A stretch of DNA of 40,324 nt from a virus. Lineage: Duplodnaviria; Caudoviricetes. Position 1 is the first letter of the stretch; the number at the start of each line of letters is the position of its first letter. Below are positions 7,484 to 18,351 of this stretch, one piece after another. The stretch covers positions 1-40,324 of the IMG/VR virus record IMGVR_UViG_3300021142_000076; one strand, written 5' to 3'. The position numbers and the translations under genes were made by a program. The notes below the pieces were generated by a model. The model searched no databases, was not told where the DNA came from, and saw only the letters and a program-made list of their open reading frames with translations.

Positions 7484-8943
7484 GCTGAAGGTCCCCTTTC
7501 CGCTGGATTTGGCAGATATTCCGAGTTCCAGAAGGCCAACGAATGAGCCATTTGCCGCTCATTGGAGCGAGGCATAAACCAATCAGGAAACTCACGCCTC
7601 ACACCAAAGCAAAGCTCGTGCTTGCCGTCATGCGAAGGAAACCGCAACACGTCGCCAGTGATCGTTTCAAGGAATGCAGGCGGGATGGCTTCGGAGGTTT
7701 CACGGATGTGAAAGAAGTAAGGCCGCGTGCCCTCAGCGCAGGCCAGCTCGTAGATGCCGCTTGGCACCTTGACGAATGAGCCCTTGGGACCGGTGGGGCC
7801 TTGCGCACCATCGCTGCCATTAGTGCCATTCGCACCTGGGCTACCAGGTGCACCCGCAGGACCAGGTGCACCCGCAGGACCGGTTGGACCGCCAGAGGGA
7901 CCGCGTGGACCAGCGGGCCCTGCGGGACCAGCGGGCCCTCCGGGCCCTGCGGGACCAGTAGGGCCTGGAGCAGTAGACACAGGACCTGTAGGGCCACGAA
8001 AGGTGGCCTTGAGCGTCCACGCACCGGCAGCCTTTTCATAACATCCTCCAGTGGTCGAGTTCAGATACCAGTCGCCATTAATGCCGAGGCCAGAGGAAGG
8101 AGCTCCTGTACCAGTGAGCCATGAAGTTGAAATGCCAATCGGCCCCGTTGGTCCCCGGCTACCAGTCGGGCCAGTGCTGCCTGTGTCACCCTTGGCGGCG
8201 AATAATGCCCAGTCAGAGCCCGAGCTTTCCGGCGCGGCACCGGCGGAGGTGCGCAGGCCAATGTAGGCACTGCCAAGGCGCGTCACAGTCTCACCAGCGG
8301 CATACGTGGTGCCACTTGCCCAGGCACCCTTGAAGGTCATCGGCGGCCCTTGCACACCCGTTGGCCCACGCGCACCGGTTGGACCTGCAGCGCCAGCAGC
8401 GCCCACGGCCACAAGTGACCAATCGCCCACGCTGGCAGAGTTCGACTTCCAAACTGAGTTATCAGAAAGCTGCAATCCGAACTGTCCCAGACGGCGCGGC
8501 TTGATCGTCCCGCGCTCGGTCGAGTCCGTCCACACGTAGGTATCCTGAAGCGTGCCATCGCCATTGCCGGAGAAGAATACCCCGTTGCCATCAATGGCTC
8601 GCCCAAGCTGCTGAGCAATCATCGCCAGCCGGTCAAGAGCTTGCTCGAGCTGCGCTGGATTCAGCGCCCCGGAGATTGGAAACACGCTCGGCTGAGTCAG
8701 CGACATCTGCCGGTAAACAACCAGCGTGACCGTGTTGGCATAAGCCGTGGTCGTCGTGAACTGTGCAGGGGAACTCGTGACCGTATAAAGGTCAGGGTCA
8801 AGATTGGTGATGTGGCCGTTCGTGTCCTGAGTCCCCACCAGCACGTCAGCCGGATCAAGAAACGGGAACGTGATCGGATACGGCACTGTCGTGCTGCCGT
8901 TGCCGGTGTAAACGAGCTGGGATATTTCGCTTTCGAGTGCCAC
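7480..8943 (-). CDS. Tail fibre with T7-type N-terminal adaptor and collagen repeats
   Basis: [14 protein letters not shown]...[11 protein letters not shown] adaptor, G-P-T/A triplets, [18 protein letters not shown]-like motif. Start is GTG 8943 or TTG 8949. Confidence 0.88.
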   Translation of the reverse strand: MALESEISQLVYTGNGSTTVPYPITFPFLDPADVLVGTQDTNGHITNLDPDLYTVTSSPAQFTTTTAYANTVTLVVYRQMSLTQPSVFPISGALNPAQLEQALDRLAMIAQQLGRAIDGNGVFFSGNGDGTLQDTYVWTDSTERGTIKPRRLGQFGLQLSDNSVWKSNSASVGDWSLVAVGAAGAAGPTGARGPTGVQGPPMTFKGAWASGTTYAAGETVTRLGSAYIGLRTSAGAAPESSGSDWALFAAKGDTGSTGPTGSRGPTGPIGISTSWLTGTGAPSSGLGINGDWYLNSTTGGCYEKAAGAWTLKATFRGPTGPVSTAPGPTGPAGPGGPAGPAGPAGPRGPSGGPTGPAGAPGPAGAPGSPGANGTNGSDGAQGPTGPKGSFVKVPSGIYELACAEGTRPYFFHIRETSEAIPPAFLETITGDVLRFPSHDGKHELCFGVRREFPDWFMPRSNERQMAHSLAFWNSEYLPNPAERGPSA

Positions 8944-8956
8944 GTCCAAGGTGGGG

Positions 8957-8978
8957 GAATCAACCCGGACGATGTCAA
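8957..8978 (-). promoter_or_regulatory. Late promoter motif TTGACA-N10-TGATTC
   Basis: One of four copies placed upstream of late genes. Confidence 0.7.
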
Positions 8979-8985
8979 GAGCCGG

Positions 8986-11900
8986 TTATTTGCCTGAGAA
9001 CAGATTTTCCAGCACCTTGGCAGCATCGAGGGCGAGATGGGACAGGGAGGAAACGCCGGCCGCCGTATCATTGAACATGCCCGCCACAGAAAGCAGGGTG
9101 TCCACGTCGCGCATGATGTCGGTCGGGTCGCCGCTGAAATCGACGTTCTTCAGGCGGCTGGGGCCCGAAAGCATGTTCCCATCGTTCAGCAGGGCCCCGA
9201 TGCCGGGAATGCCGTGCAAGGGGCTGGAAAGCATGTCCATCATGAGACGCTGAGGAGTCCACTTCTTTTCGTCGTCGTCTCCCTTGGCCTCTTTCCACAG
9301 ATTCTTGAGAAGCTGCGTCATCAAGCCGCCGACTCCGAACACGAGGAACATCGTCTTAGCAAACTGGACAGGCTCAGTTGTTGCCTTCGTCGCAGCCCAT
9401 GCGGCCATGGCGATCTTTTGCCGAGCTTCGGAGGCATAGGCCCAGGTGACCTTCCCGAGAGGATTCGTCATGGTAATCTCAGCCAGCGATCGCGCAGCCA
9501 TACGGGTAGGTTGCGCCACCTGCTCCGTGTCGCGTTCGGCTTCGGTGTGAGCGTGCTTTTCCAGTTCGGCACCGGACAATCCCAGGGCCCGGCCCGTGCC
9601 ACGATGGTAGTCCAGAAGCAGCGAATACGTGCCAGCCGTGAAAAGAGCATCCGCACCGCTCAGAAATTGCCCGAGTGCGCGGGCCGCATGCTTGATGAGG
9701 TTCGGCTTCTTTTGCGCTCCGAGGTTTTCCATAGCCTGCCGCACAATCGGCGGAGCGGTCTTATAGCGCCTCTGAATGAAGTCGGATTTGATGGCGTCCG
9801 CATAGCCGAGGTTGCCCGTGAGCAACTTGGACATGCCAACGAGATACTGGCCAATCGGCATTTTAACCGCAGCCGCAGCGAGCTGTGTTGACTGGACGAG
9901 CAGCGTTGAAACGCGCCCGAGCAGGCCAACCGTTGCCGCCCGGCCAGTCATGCGGTTGAGCAGCTTATTCATTTCGAGGCTCGCAGCAGCATCACGGAAG
10001 CCGCCCTGTGCGATGGCATCCACCCACTTGCGCAAAGCCGTTGCCGCCTGATCCCCGCCCTTGGCCTTGACCGCGTTCAGCACCTCGCGATTGCCGAGGA
10101 TGGCGTTCGCTTCGACGGCTAGGTCATAGTAGGCTTTCCAGTATTCAAGTTGCCGTGTGTGATTCAGCAAGGTCTGCAGGGCATCGCGAAACTCAGGCTC
10201 TGCAATGGCATTCCTCGACCGCGTGCGCAGACTGCCGGGTGTTAGAATTGAACCGCTCGACATCGCCGCGCCGGTCACGGGGTCAACGACCTCACCCGCT
10301 TTCGTTTGAGCGGGCGCAACGGTGATAGGGGCATAGTTGTCATGCGCTGGCATGTTCACGCCGTAACGTGCCCGGTAGAGCGGGTTCAGCGTGGCCCACT
10401 CAGCGCTGTATTTCTGCATGATCCAGCCCATCAGTTGCCTAGCCTCCGGCGTCAGTGCTGCCGTGATTTCGTCAATCCACGCCTGATCGTAATGCCACGG
10501 GCCGGACGGCTTGCCGTTCTCATCCATCGCACCTTCCATGTGTCGCCGTCCATCCTCCTGACGCCACATAAGCAGCGCCTGGATGGCCTGGAGTTGAGAG
10601 AACTCGCCTTTGCCTGTCTTGATGGAAGGTTGTGCCATGTCGTAACGCAGGCGCTCGCCCTTGAGCACGCCCCCTGCCATCTCGCTGAATAGCGCCTCGA
10701 CCTCATCGGCGAGAGCCTGATTCACATCTTCATACTGGCCAGACGCCGCCCGCTCCGCATCCACGAGCGATTTCACGCGGTCGGACTTTTCGCCGAAAGC
10801 GTAGGACAGAACTTCGTGGAAGCTGGAGAGCGAGAGGAATCCACCCTTGATCTTGCCAAGCAACGTGGCCGCCGCCTTTTCCGCCGCCTGCCGTTCGGGC
10901 AGCAATCCAGTTTTCCCCGTGTCGGTGATGAAGGCATGTCGCATCCCGGCCCGGCGCTCTTTGCGCTCGATCTCTGCCAGTTTCCATTTCAGCCAGCCGC
11001 CGTCGTAGATGTCCCGCAACGTGTCTATGGCGGAGAAGATGCGGCCAGAGTCGGCATTCTTCAAATCGCCCAAGAGTTCTACGATGCCGCGCTCAGTCGT
11101 GGCAAGTGTCTCCTGCTCAGGTGTCAGCGTGTCGCCAGTAATCAGGGAATCCAACCGAGCCAGTTCACCGGCCACAGCCGCCGCGTCCATCTTCGAGGCA
11201 CGTTCAGCAGCGGCAAACAAGTGGTGCATGTCGGCATCCTTGCCCTTGCCTTTCTTCCCCGGTGACGTGTCGGGCCGCGCTTTCTTGAGAAGTTTTTCAA
11301 GTTGTTCGACGCCCTCTTTCTTGAGCCACTTCTCCAGCTCCACATTAAGCTTTTCAATCCGGCGCTCGATCTCCTTGAGCATCTGCTCATCGGTGGCGAT
11401 TCCGGCCAGCTTCACGTATCCGCCCACGCGGGCGCGGACTTCGGGGGGAGCCGCTGACAAGATGCCATCCAGCGTGCGCAGGGCCGCTTTCAGCATATCG
11501 CGTTGAGACTTAGCGCTACCGGCTTTCTTGCTGGCCTGATTCGCCCATGCTTCCGCTTCTAGCTTCGCATCCACACGGGCTGCTTTACTGGCTTCCTTGT
11601 AGCCCTGCGCTGCTTCACGCGCCCGCGCCTTGTCCTTGCGGCTGGCTTCGATGCGATGAGCCAGAGCGGCCCACAGCGTATCAGCATGGCCGTCTAGCAA
11701 TAGACCAGCATCGTGCATGGCTTGCGCTATCTGATCCGGCATGATGCCAGCACCCTTAGAATACCACGAAGGCGGCAGCCACGGCACACCGTCATATTCA
11801 CCGGCCTTGTCGGAGAGCTTACCCTGCTGCATGGCCGTTGACCTGGACATGAGTTTTCCATGATCCAACATTGCAGCAATCAGCGGGTCAGATTCCAGCT

Positions 11901-14900
11901 TGGACGGCTCAAATTCCAGATCCTGCCGCGCATCTGGTGACAGGCCATCAAGATACGCCTGCATGCGCTGGTCATAGCCCAGAGCCTCGCGAACGCGCCT
12001 CTCTTTGCCAATGCTGCCAGCGGTGCGCAAGACTGCCGCCTTTTCGATCCACTCAGCGCCAAGGCGAGCGGCACGAGATTTTGCCACCTGTGCGATGGCC
12101 AGCCGCAATTCAGGTGAACGCTGGAACGGTGAAAACGCCGCCGCCATGCGGGCGGAGAAATCGCCCGAGCGGATGGAATGGGTTTCGTTGGAACGAATGA
12201 CAGTCACCTGATCGGGATCAAATGCCGCAATTTCAGTGACGCCGACGCCATTCATGCGCACGATCACACCATCATATCCAGCCGCTTTGGCCGCACGAGT
12301 CAGGGCAGATGCCAACAGCTCATGCGCCTTGGCGTCAATGTTCGATGGAAGACGGCCAGATTCAGCGATTCCGTTCAGGGTGGATGCAACGGCTTTACTC
12401 ACCCCAGATGGAAGCGCATCAATCATCAGGCGAGCGCTGTCATACAGACTGCCAGTTTTGAAATCGGCAGGTGCATTCAACTTCAGAGGATTGCTCATCT
12501 TGAGCATGACCTGCATGGCATTGGAGCCGAACTGACGAGTAGTATTCTCGGTGAAATAAAAGCCTTTGCCGAAGAATCCATGATCCCCTCCGCTCCATCC
12601 ACCATCAGAGCCTTTTGAGCGCGCCGAATGGGAGAACTCGTCAAAAGCAGCATTGGTGCTGTGATAGAATGGCCCTTGCGTAAATCCATCGTTTTTCGCG
12701 GCAGCTACCGATGGCCGGACGCTGAACGTCTCTTCAGCCATAGGCCCCGCATACATCGAAGGAATACCCAGCGAGTCTCGCAGTCCGTATTTATCGAGTG
12801 CCGCCTTCATCGAAGCTGCCAAGTCGCCCGGCTCAAGCAGCACATGGCCGCTGTTGTAGAGAGCCTGAATATGCTTGCCGAACTCCGCAGTCGTCAGACC
12901 GGGAAGCTGCTTTACCGCCTGCTCATAGAGCGAGTCCAGCGGCAGCATGTGAGATGATTGGCCCACCTTGGCCGCTGCGTAGATGGCCGGGAAGTCGATT
13001 GCCTTACCTTGCTGGCGCATGGCCTGCATTGTGGCAGACGCTGGCCCCAAGCGTGAAGAGAAGTCGAATTTACGGACGCTGTGCGTAGCGCCCCCTTGAT
13101 CCCGTAGCTTGGCCTCAGCCCACTTGACAACATCCTCAGGGCCGGGAATACTTCCCTTGCCTTGTGAGGGGGTTGAGCTCTCGGGATATTGCTTCCCGAC
13201 CTGTCGCCCCTGATCAAGGCGCTTTTGTTTGTTCACGTAGAGCGGCTGCTCGTTGAACATGGCGGCGATGTCCGAATCTGGACGGCCATACATAGAACTA
13301 ACCTGATTGACCTCCAATTCACCTGCTTTCCTGTTGAGGTGGATAGCTATAACGATTGGCCCTTTGCCAGCTTCGCGGTGCTCTGTCAGAACCAAGATGG
13401 CATTGCCATCCCGGCGTGATTGGAACACGGCCACAGGATCGGCCAAAGATTGGGGGAGTTGACGAAGCGCCTCGACTGGCACCGCATGTGCATCCTTTGT
13501 CACTTTGTCGAACAAGCTGGGTGGCACCACGATTGACAGATTATCAGCGCCAGCCACCTGCAATGCTGGAGGGGTGAATCCAAGATTGATTGGCTCACGG
13601 CCAGCATCTCCAGTCTTCTCCCACTGGTCGATTCGATCATTGAATTTCTTCGTGACGAATGCCGCCGGAGTGAATGGAGTTCTCAGGCTGAACGTCTCAC
13701 CATTCGGGCCGGGGTTCTCTTCGGAATATGACTTCGAGCCCGCGTAAAGCGCCTCGTTGGCAATGGCGTCTGCTTCTTTCGCGGCCTCGCTTTCATGCTT
13801 GGCCTGCGAATCAATGCCGAGCTGATTTTCCAAGGTGGCCGTCAGGTCATTGCCCAGCTTGCCAGCCTTTTGCAGTTCTCCGATCTTCTGTGCACGCAGA
13901 GCCACAGCGCGCCAATACTGCGTTTCCGCATTCATCACCGGAGACAGTCCAGCGTTGAGGATGTAGCGGAACATGCCTCGCGCCGACTTGCCCTGCCATG
14001 CCGTCTTGTCGGTGGACTTGCCCACGAGATAGGACTGCCCCAGGTGCGACCACGCTTCAGCAATCATCTCTGGCGTAACATCCTTGTCTGACTCATGTGC
14101 AAACAGCTTGTCACCGCTGGCCTGCTCGTAGGCGCGTAGATGGTCCAGCATCCATTGCTTGCCGTCAGGATCGGCCATGATGGCTTTGGCATCGCCTTCT
14201 AGCTTCTCTTCAACCAGAGTCGTGATATTCGCGCCGTTGTAGAGCTTCATCATGGTGGTGAGAATACCGTCCTTAAACGTGTTCACCGATGAACCAAGGA
14301 TCTTATGAACGGTTTCCTCGTCACCACTGGCCTTGCCGATGGCGGAAGCGTCCTCGAACTGCTGTTCCGGCTTCACCTCGTCCAGTAACTCGCCCTGCTT
14401 CACGCGGTCTTGCATGCCCTTTGACGCCATCTCTTCCGGCGTCACATGACGCTCGTCAGGAGAGAACTGCAGGGCGAACTCGCGCCCGACATCCGCATTT
14501 TTCTCCATTTGCGCCAGTGTGCGCTGAACGGAAGTATGCACCTTGCCGAGCTGGTCGCTCGCCCACTGCCAGCGGGCTGCATCGGCCTCGCCGTGAGAAT
14601 TGAAATCAGCCGTAGAGCCATCATTGAAGGTGAGCCGCCACTGATCATTCGTAGCACGGAGCATGCGGGGCAGAATGCCGCGTTGCTCCAGGTCTTGCTG
14701 CGCTGCCGCGTGGTCGGTTTGCAGAAGTCGCATGCGCTCAGCTACCGACTTGGCCGCCTCCTCCATGCTCTGCGGAGTCCCGGCTCGCTGGCCCCACAAC
14801 TCACGGGCCTTGGAAATCTGCGCATCGGGAGCGGTGGCACGGATCGAGTTTGCCTGTGCTGCCGAATAACCAGCCGCTTCCAGCATGTCCTGCGACGACA

Positions 14901-16551
14901 CCACCGCAGAGGAAAGGTTCGCTTGAGCAGCGGTCATCGTTCCGCCAAACACGAGCGCCATCGGAGCAAGCACGCCCAACAGCTCAGGGGTGGATTCCAC
15001 CGCCCGGTTTTTATACATGCCCCAGTCCACCGAAGGCACATCGCTTTGCAGCGCCCCTAGAAGCTCCTGCGTTGCAGGAACCAGCACGTTATCTTGTAGC
15101 TGCTCTTCGGTGTATTCCGTGGCCAAAGATGTAACAGCATTCTGTGCGTATCTGGCCACGAGTCCAGCACCTCCACCAATGGGCTTAGTGAAGCTGGCAA
15201 GCACACGCTGAATGGCAGGGAACCGGCCAAGTTGGAAAGCATTGGAAAGCGACTCTGCAGCCGCCTGCAATGGAGCAGCGGCATACCCGATTTTGATAGC
15301 CTGCTCGTTGTCCATTCCTTGCGCGCGCAGGTCGCGCCGATTTTGCTCGGCAAAGTCGGCGGTGAACAAGGCGCCAGCACCAACCGGCCCAAGGGCGGCA
15401 GACGCCATCATGAACGGAGCCACAGCGCCAGGTCCTTTGATGAGTCCAGTTTCGAGGCCGTCATTCATCCAGCCAAGCACCGGTTTCACGGGGTCAACAG
15501 AACCGGCAACGATGTTAGCAACCTCGTCATACATTTCACCGATGCTCTGACGTTTTGCGATACTGGCGTCTGTGCTGGCGAAGTCTTCCGGCTTCATTGT
15601 GTTTGTCAGCATCTCGGGAAACTTGGACATCACGTCAGCAGTCACACCCGCCTGAGTCGTGACCGTGCTTCCCATGCGTGCCATGCCCTTGCCAAGCTCT
15701 GACAACATCTGCCCCCAGAATCCTTTTTGATCATAGCCAGCAGCTTCAGCCTTTGCGCCAATGATGGCATAGACCTGCTTGCGGTCGCGCGGCTTCATCG
15801 CGGCCAGTGTTGCCAATGAGCTTTCAAACTGTGCCGCCTGCTCTTGACCGGCTGGCACTGGACGTTGCGCGCCATCGCCCTTTGTCAGGCCCGTATTGCT
15901 TTCGATCTGCTTCAGCAGTGTGTCGGCAAATTCAAGTTGATCACCCGACTTTTGCCGAGCCATGAGAAAGCCCTTGGTGAACTGCGTCGAATCTGGCATG
16001 CGATCGATGCCGTTCTTTTGCTGCCACTGCTGCAACGAAGGAATGATGTCGTCGCCACGCAAAGCGGCTTTTACACCGTCAAGAGTGGCCGTTTCAGACT
16101 GCTCTGCGCGCTGGATTTCCTGACCTGCTGCTTTGTGAAATGCGAGATCATCAAGACCGGTTGGGGCTTGCAAAAAGCGCTGTGAATAATCGTTACGATA
16201 GAGGTCATAAGATGAGCCGATTTCATCAGTAGACTTTCCATAGCGAGTGGCCAGATAAGCGGTGTTCGCAACCCGTGCACGGTCGGCATCTGGGTTCTGT
16301 GAAAATGGCAGAACACCAGCGAGAGATGGAGCAACCGCATCTACCGATTTGAGTTCCTTGAACATGCCGCGAAGACGGTCTTGCGTATCTTGAGAGGCTT
16401 GGACTTGCGATGGCCATTGAGGCTCGCCCAGGTCATCCTGCTGCTGCTTGTAGCGCTTCAGAATATCAAGCGCCTCTGGACGTTGATCTTCTGGCAAAGA
16501 GCCGATGTTTTGGACTACCGAGGCGGCGTCATTTTCCAGGATTCGGGGCAT
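8986..16551 (-). CDS. Giant internal virion/ejection protein, polyvalent, with MuF-C-like and ADP-ribosyltransferase-like domains
   Basis: 2521 aa in the T7 gp16 position. LGFTPPAL...LPQSLADPVAVF...SMYGR resembles MuF-C; FYHSTNAAFDEF...GFFGKGFYFT...MLKMSNPL resembles ART-PolyVal. Confidence 0.85.
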   Translation of the reverse strand: MPRILENDAASVVQNIGSLPEDQRPEALDILKRYKQQQDDLGEPQWPSQVQASQDTQDRLRGMFKELKSVDAVAPSLAGVLPFSQNPDADRARVANTAYLATRYGKSTDEIGSSYDLYRNDYSQRFLQAPTGLDDLAFHKAAGQEIQRAEQSETATLDGVKAALRGDDIIPSLQQWQQKNGIDRMPDSTQFTKGFLMARQKSGDQLEFADTLLKQIESNTGLTKGDGAQRPVPAGQEQAAQFESSLATLAAMKPRDRKQVYAIIGAKAEAAGYDQKGFWGQMLSELGKGMARMGSTVTTQAGVTADVMSKFPEMLTNTMKPEDFASTDASIAKRQSIGEMYDEVANIVAGSVDPVKPVLGWMNDGLETGLIKGPGAVAPFMMASAALGPVGAGALFTADFAEQNRRDLRAQGMDNEQAIKIGYAAAPLQAAAESLSNAFQLGRFPAIQRVLASFTKPIGGGAGLVARYAQNAVTSLATEYTEEQLQDNVLVPATQELLGALQSDVPSVDWGMYKNRAVESTPELLGVLAPMALVFGGTMTAAQANLSSAVVSSQDMLEAAGYSAAQANSIRATAPDAQISKARELWGQRAGTPQSMEEAAKSVAERMRLLQTDHAAAQQDLEQRGILPRMLRATNDQWRLTFNDGSTADFNSHGEADAARWQWASDQLGKVHTSVQRTLAQMEKNADVGREFALQFSPDERHVTPEEMASKGMQDRVKQGELLDEVKPEQQFEDASAIGKASGDEETVHKILGSSVNTFKDGILTTMMKLYNGANITTLVEEKLEGDAKAIMADPDGKQWMLDHLRAYEQASGDKLFAHESDKDVTPEMIAEAWSHLGQSYLVGKSTDKTAWQGKSARGMFRYILNAGLSPVMNAETQYWRAVALRAQKIGELQKAGKLGNDLTATLENQLGIDSQAKHESEAAKEADAIANEALYAGSKSYSEENPGPNGETFSLRTPFTPAAFVTKKFNDRIDQWEKTGDAGREPINLGFTPPALQVAGADNLSIVVPPSLFDKVTKDAHAVPVEALRQLPQSLADPVAVFQSRRDGNAILVLTEHREAGKGPIVIAIHLNRKAGELEVNQVSSMYGRPDSDIAAMFNEQPLYVNKQKRLDQGRQVGKQYPESSTPSQGKGSIPGPEDVVKWAEAKLRDQGGATHSVRKFDFSSRLGPASATMQAMRQQGKAIDFPAIYAAAKVGQSSHMLPLDSLYEQAVKQLPGLTTAEFGKHIQALYNSGHVLLEPGDLAASMKAALDKYGLRDSLGIPSMYAGPMAEETFSVRPSVAAAKNDGFTQGPFYHSTNAAFDEFSHSARSKGSDGGWSGGDHGFFGKGFYFTENTTRQFGSNAMQVMLKMSNPLKLNAPADFKTGSLYDSARLMIDALPSGVSKAVASTLNGIAESGRLPSNIDAKAHELLASALTRAAKAAGYDGVIVRMNGVGVTEIAAFDPDQVTVIRSNETHSIRSGDFSARMAAAFSPFQRSPELRLAIAQVAKSRAARLGAEWIEKAAVLRTAGSIGKERRVREALGYDQRMQAYLDGLSPDARQDLEFEPSKLESDPLIAAMLDHGKLMSRSTAMQQGKLSDKAGEYDGVPWLPPSWYSKGAGIMPDQIAQAMHDAGLLLDGHADTLWAALAHRIEASRKDKARAREAAQGYKEASKAARVDAKLEAEAWANQASKKAGSAKSQRDMLKAALRTLDGILSAAPPEVRARVGGYVKLAGIATDEQMLKEIERRIEKLNVELEKWLKKEGVEQLEKLLKKARPDTSPGKKGKGKDADMHHLFAAAERASKMDAAAVAGELARLDSLITGDTLTPEQETLATTERGIVELLGDLKNADSGRIFSAIDTLRDIYDGGWLKWKLAEIERKERRAGMRHAFITDTGKTGLLPERQAAEKAAATLLGKIKGGFLSLSSFHEVLSYAFGEKSDRVKSLVDAERAASGQYEDVNQALADEVEALFSEMAGGVLKGERLRYDMAQPSIKTGKGEFSQLQAIQALLMWRQEDGRRHMEGAMDENGKPSGPWHYDQAWIDEITAALTPEARQLMGWIMQKYSAEWATLNPLYRARYGVNMPAHDNYAPITVAPAQTKAGEVVDPVTGAAMSSGSILTPGSLRTRSRNAIAEPEFRDALQTLLNHTRQLEYWKAYYDLAVEANAILGNREVLNAVKAKGGDQAATALRKWVDAIAQGGFRDAAASLEMNKLLNRMTGRAATVGLLGRVSTLLVQSTQLAAAAVKMPIGQYLVGMSKLLTGNLGYADAIKSDFIQRRYKTAPPIVRQAMENLGAQKKPNLIKHAARALGQFLSGADALFTAGTYSLLLDYHRGTGRALGLSGAELEKHAHTEAERDTEQVAQPTRMAARSLAEITMTNPLGKVTWAYASEARQKIAMAAWAATKATTEPVQFAKTMFLVFGVGGLMTQLLKNLWKEAKGDDDEKKWTPQRLMMDMLSSPLHGIPGIGALLNDGNMLSGPSRLKNVDFSGDPTDIMRDVDTLLSVAGMFNDTAAGVSSLSHLALDAAKVLENLFSGK

Positions 16552-18349
16552 ACTTTTTGATAACGTCTTCGATGGGTGGCAGAAGAGACACAGGAAGCGG
16601 AGCGCCTTTGAGCCCGTTCACAGATGGCATGGCTGTCATTGATGGGCCGACGCTCACTGCTTCATTTGCGGCTTGAGCAGTAAGGGGAATTTTCGCAAGA
16701 TCAGCCATGCGCTTCATGGCATCTTCGGGAGTGGCAAATTTTCCTGCCGATGCCTCCTTTTCGAGCGTCATGCGAATGTTGCCAACCTGAGCGGCGATCT
16801 TGTCTCGCTTGGCCGGGTCATCCTGCATGACTGGCTTGACCTGCTTTTCATCCTGCTCTTTGACCGTGGACGTGCCAGTTGGAACCGGACCGCCCATCCA
16901 TGGCAGTTTGCGCCACCAGAGGAAACCACTGGTCATATCTGGCACGGCGGTCTTGATCGTCTTCTCAGTGACAACGGGATTGCCATCAGGGCCGACCTCT
17001 GGCTTTTGATATTCACCCAGGCGCTTTTCATCAAAGGCCCAACGGTTCAGTTGAGCGAGCGGTTCCTTCAGTATCTCGGATTTGGAAGGATCGTTGAACT
17101 TGTCTTCCAGTCGCTTATTCAGACCGGCCGCAAAAGCACCGTTGAAGCGCGATTCAATGCCGGCGCCAAGTTGAGCCTTCACCAATCCAGAACCATCGTC
17201 TTGCGCGTTGTCGATGGCGCTGATAGCCGCCTCATATTCTGAAGGTGAATTCATCGAAGCCTTGTCGTGGTAAGTGCGATTGTAGAGACGCACCACATCA
17301 CGAGTCAGAGGGTCAAGCTCTTTGATGGCATCGAAAGATTCATCCTTTTTCACCTGCCCAAGATCAATGCGCGTTTTCAGATCATGCCAAGCATCAGAGC
17401 TTTGGGTTGCTAGGTTGCTCTTGGCAATAACCTCCATTTGCGCCCTGTCACCGGGAGAAATGAGATGAAACTTGTTGGGATCATTCAAATCAGCCAGGGC
17501 CTTTTGCGGATCATGGATGGCGACGGCCTGAAACTCATCCTTCTGCTGATTGACGGCATGGGTGGCATCTATTTGGCTGTATTGATACTGCGCTTGCTTG
17601 TCATCGAGAAAGCCATTTTCTTTGGCCCATGCTACAGACTGTCTTGCCCCTTCAATGTTGCGATTGTTCAGAGCCGTGTTGCGCATCGTGGTAAAATCAG
17701 TCAAGCCATCCTCTTTGCGCTTTTCTTGAATGACCATTTCTTTGGCCTTCAATGCGTCTTCGGCCATGTATGGCTTCAATGCTGCCACTGCTTCAGCAGC
17801 CTTGTCATACTGCCGGTTGTTCAAGGCGTCTATGTAGCCAGCATTCAGGCTCTGGCTTGTCAGATCAAACTGCCTGCTGATCCTCGCAATGTTTGTCTGC
17901 CCCTTGAGCTGCGTTCCCCACTTCAGCAGTCGCATCTCAATCTGCTGCTTTGCGAGCGGCGAAAGATCCTTGTTGCTGAGAAGCTGCTGACCGACCTGAT
18001 TCACATGCTGCTGAACGGCAGGAACCCACGCGTCAGGTTTATCTCTAATGCCATCGCTGGCGAGTTTCGCGTGAATGTCATTCGTGGCTTGATCCATCGA
18101 AATCTCAGCATCCGCGATGTGCTGAACATTCTTCGCATGCTGATACTGAGCGCCGATTTGTCCCAGCGCACCGCCGAGTTCCTGCATATTCTCGCCCACC
18201 TGCTTCCAGCCAGTCACAAAGCCACGCGGGTTCAACTGCGGAGCACCGCCATAATTCAGCGGTGCCACACGAAAACCGCGTGCACCTTGCAGCACTAGAT
18301 TTCCAGGGCCTTGCGTCTTGATCGAGGGTTGGTCTAGAACTGAGTCCAT
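16529..18349 (-). CDS. Internal virion protein (gp15-like position)
   Basis: Long helical protein; synteny. Confidence 0.75.
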   Translation of the reverse strand: MDSVLDQPSIKTQGPGNLVLQGARGFRVAPLNYGGAPQLNPRGFVTGWKQVGENMQELGGALGQIGAQYQHAKNVQHIADAEISMDQATNDIHAKLASDGIRDKPDAWVPAVQQHVNQVGQQLLSNKDLSPLAKQQIEMRLLKWGTQLKGQTNIARISRQFDLTSQSLNAGYIDALNNRQYDKAAEAVAALKPYMAEDALKAKEMVIQEKRKEDGLTDFTTMRNTALNNRNIEGARQSVAWAKENGFLDDKQAQYQYSQIDATHAVNQQKDEFQAVAIHDPQKALADLNDPNKFHLISPGDRAQMEVIAKSNLATQSSDAWHDLKTRIDLGQVKKDESFDAIKELDPLTRDVVRLYNRTYHDKASMNSPSEYEAAISAIDNAQDDGSGLVKAQLGAGIESRFNGAFAAGLNKRLEDKFNDPSKSEILKEPLAQLNRWAFDEKRLGEYQKPEVGPDGNPVVTEKTIKTAVPDMTSGFLWWRKLPWMGGPVPTGTSTVKEQDEKQVKPVMQDDPAKRDKIAAQVGNIRMTLEKEASAGKFATPEDAMKRMADLAKIPLTAQAANEAVSVGPSMTAMPSVNGLKGAPLPVSLLPPIEDVIKKYAPNPGK

Positions 18350-18351
18350 GG

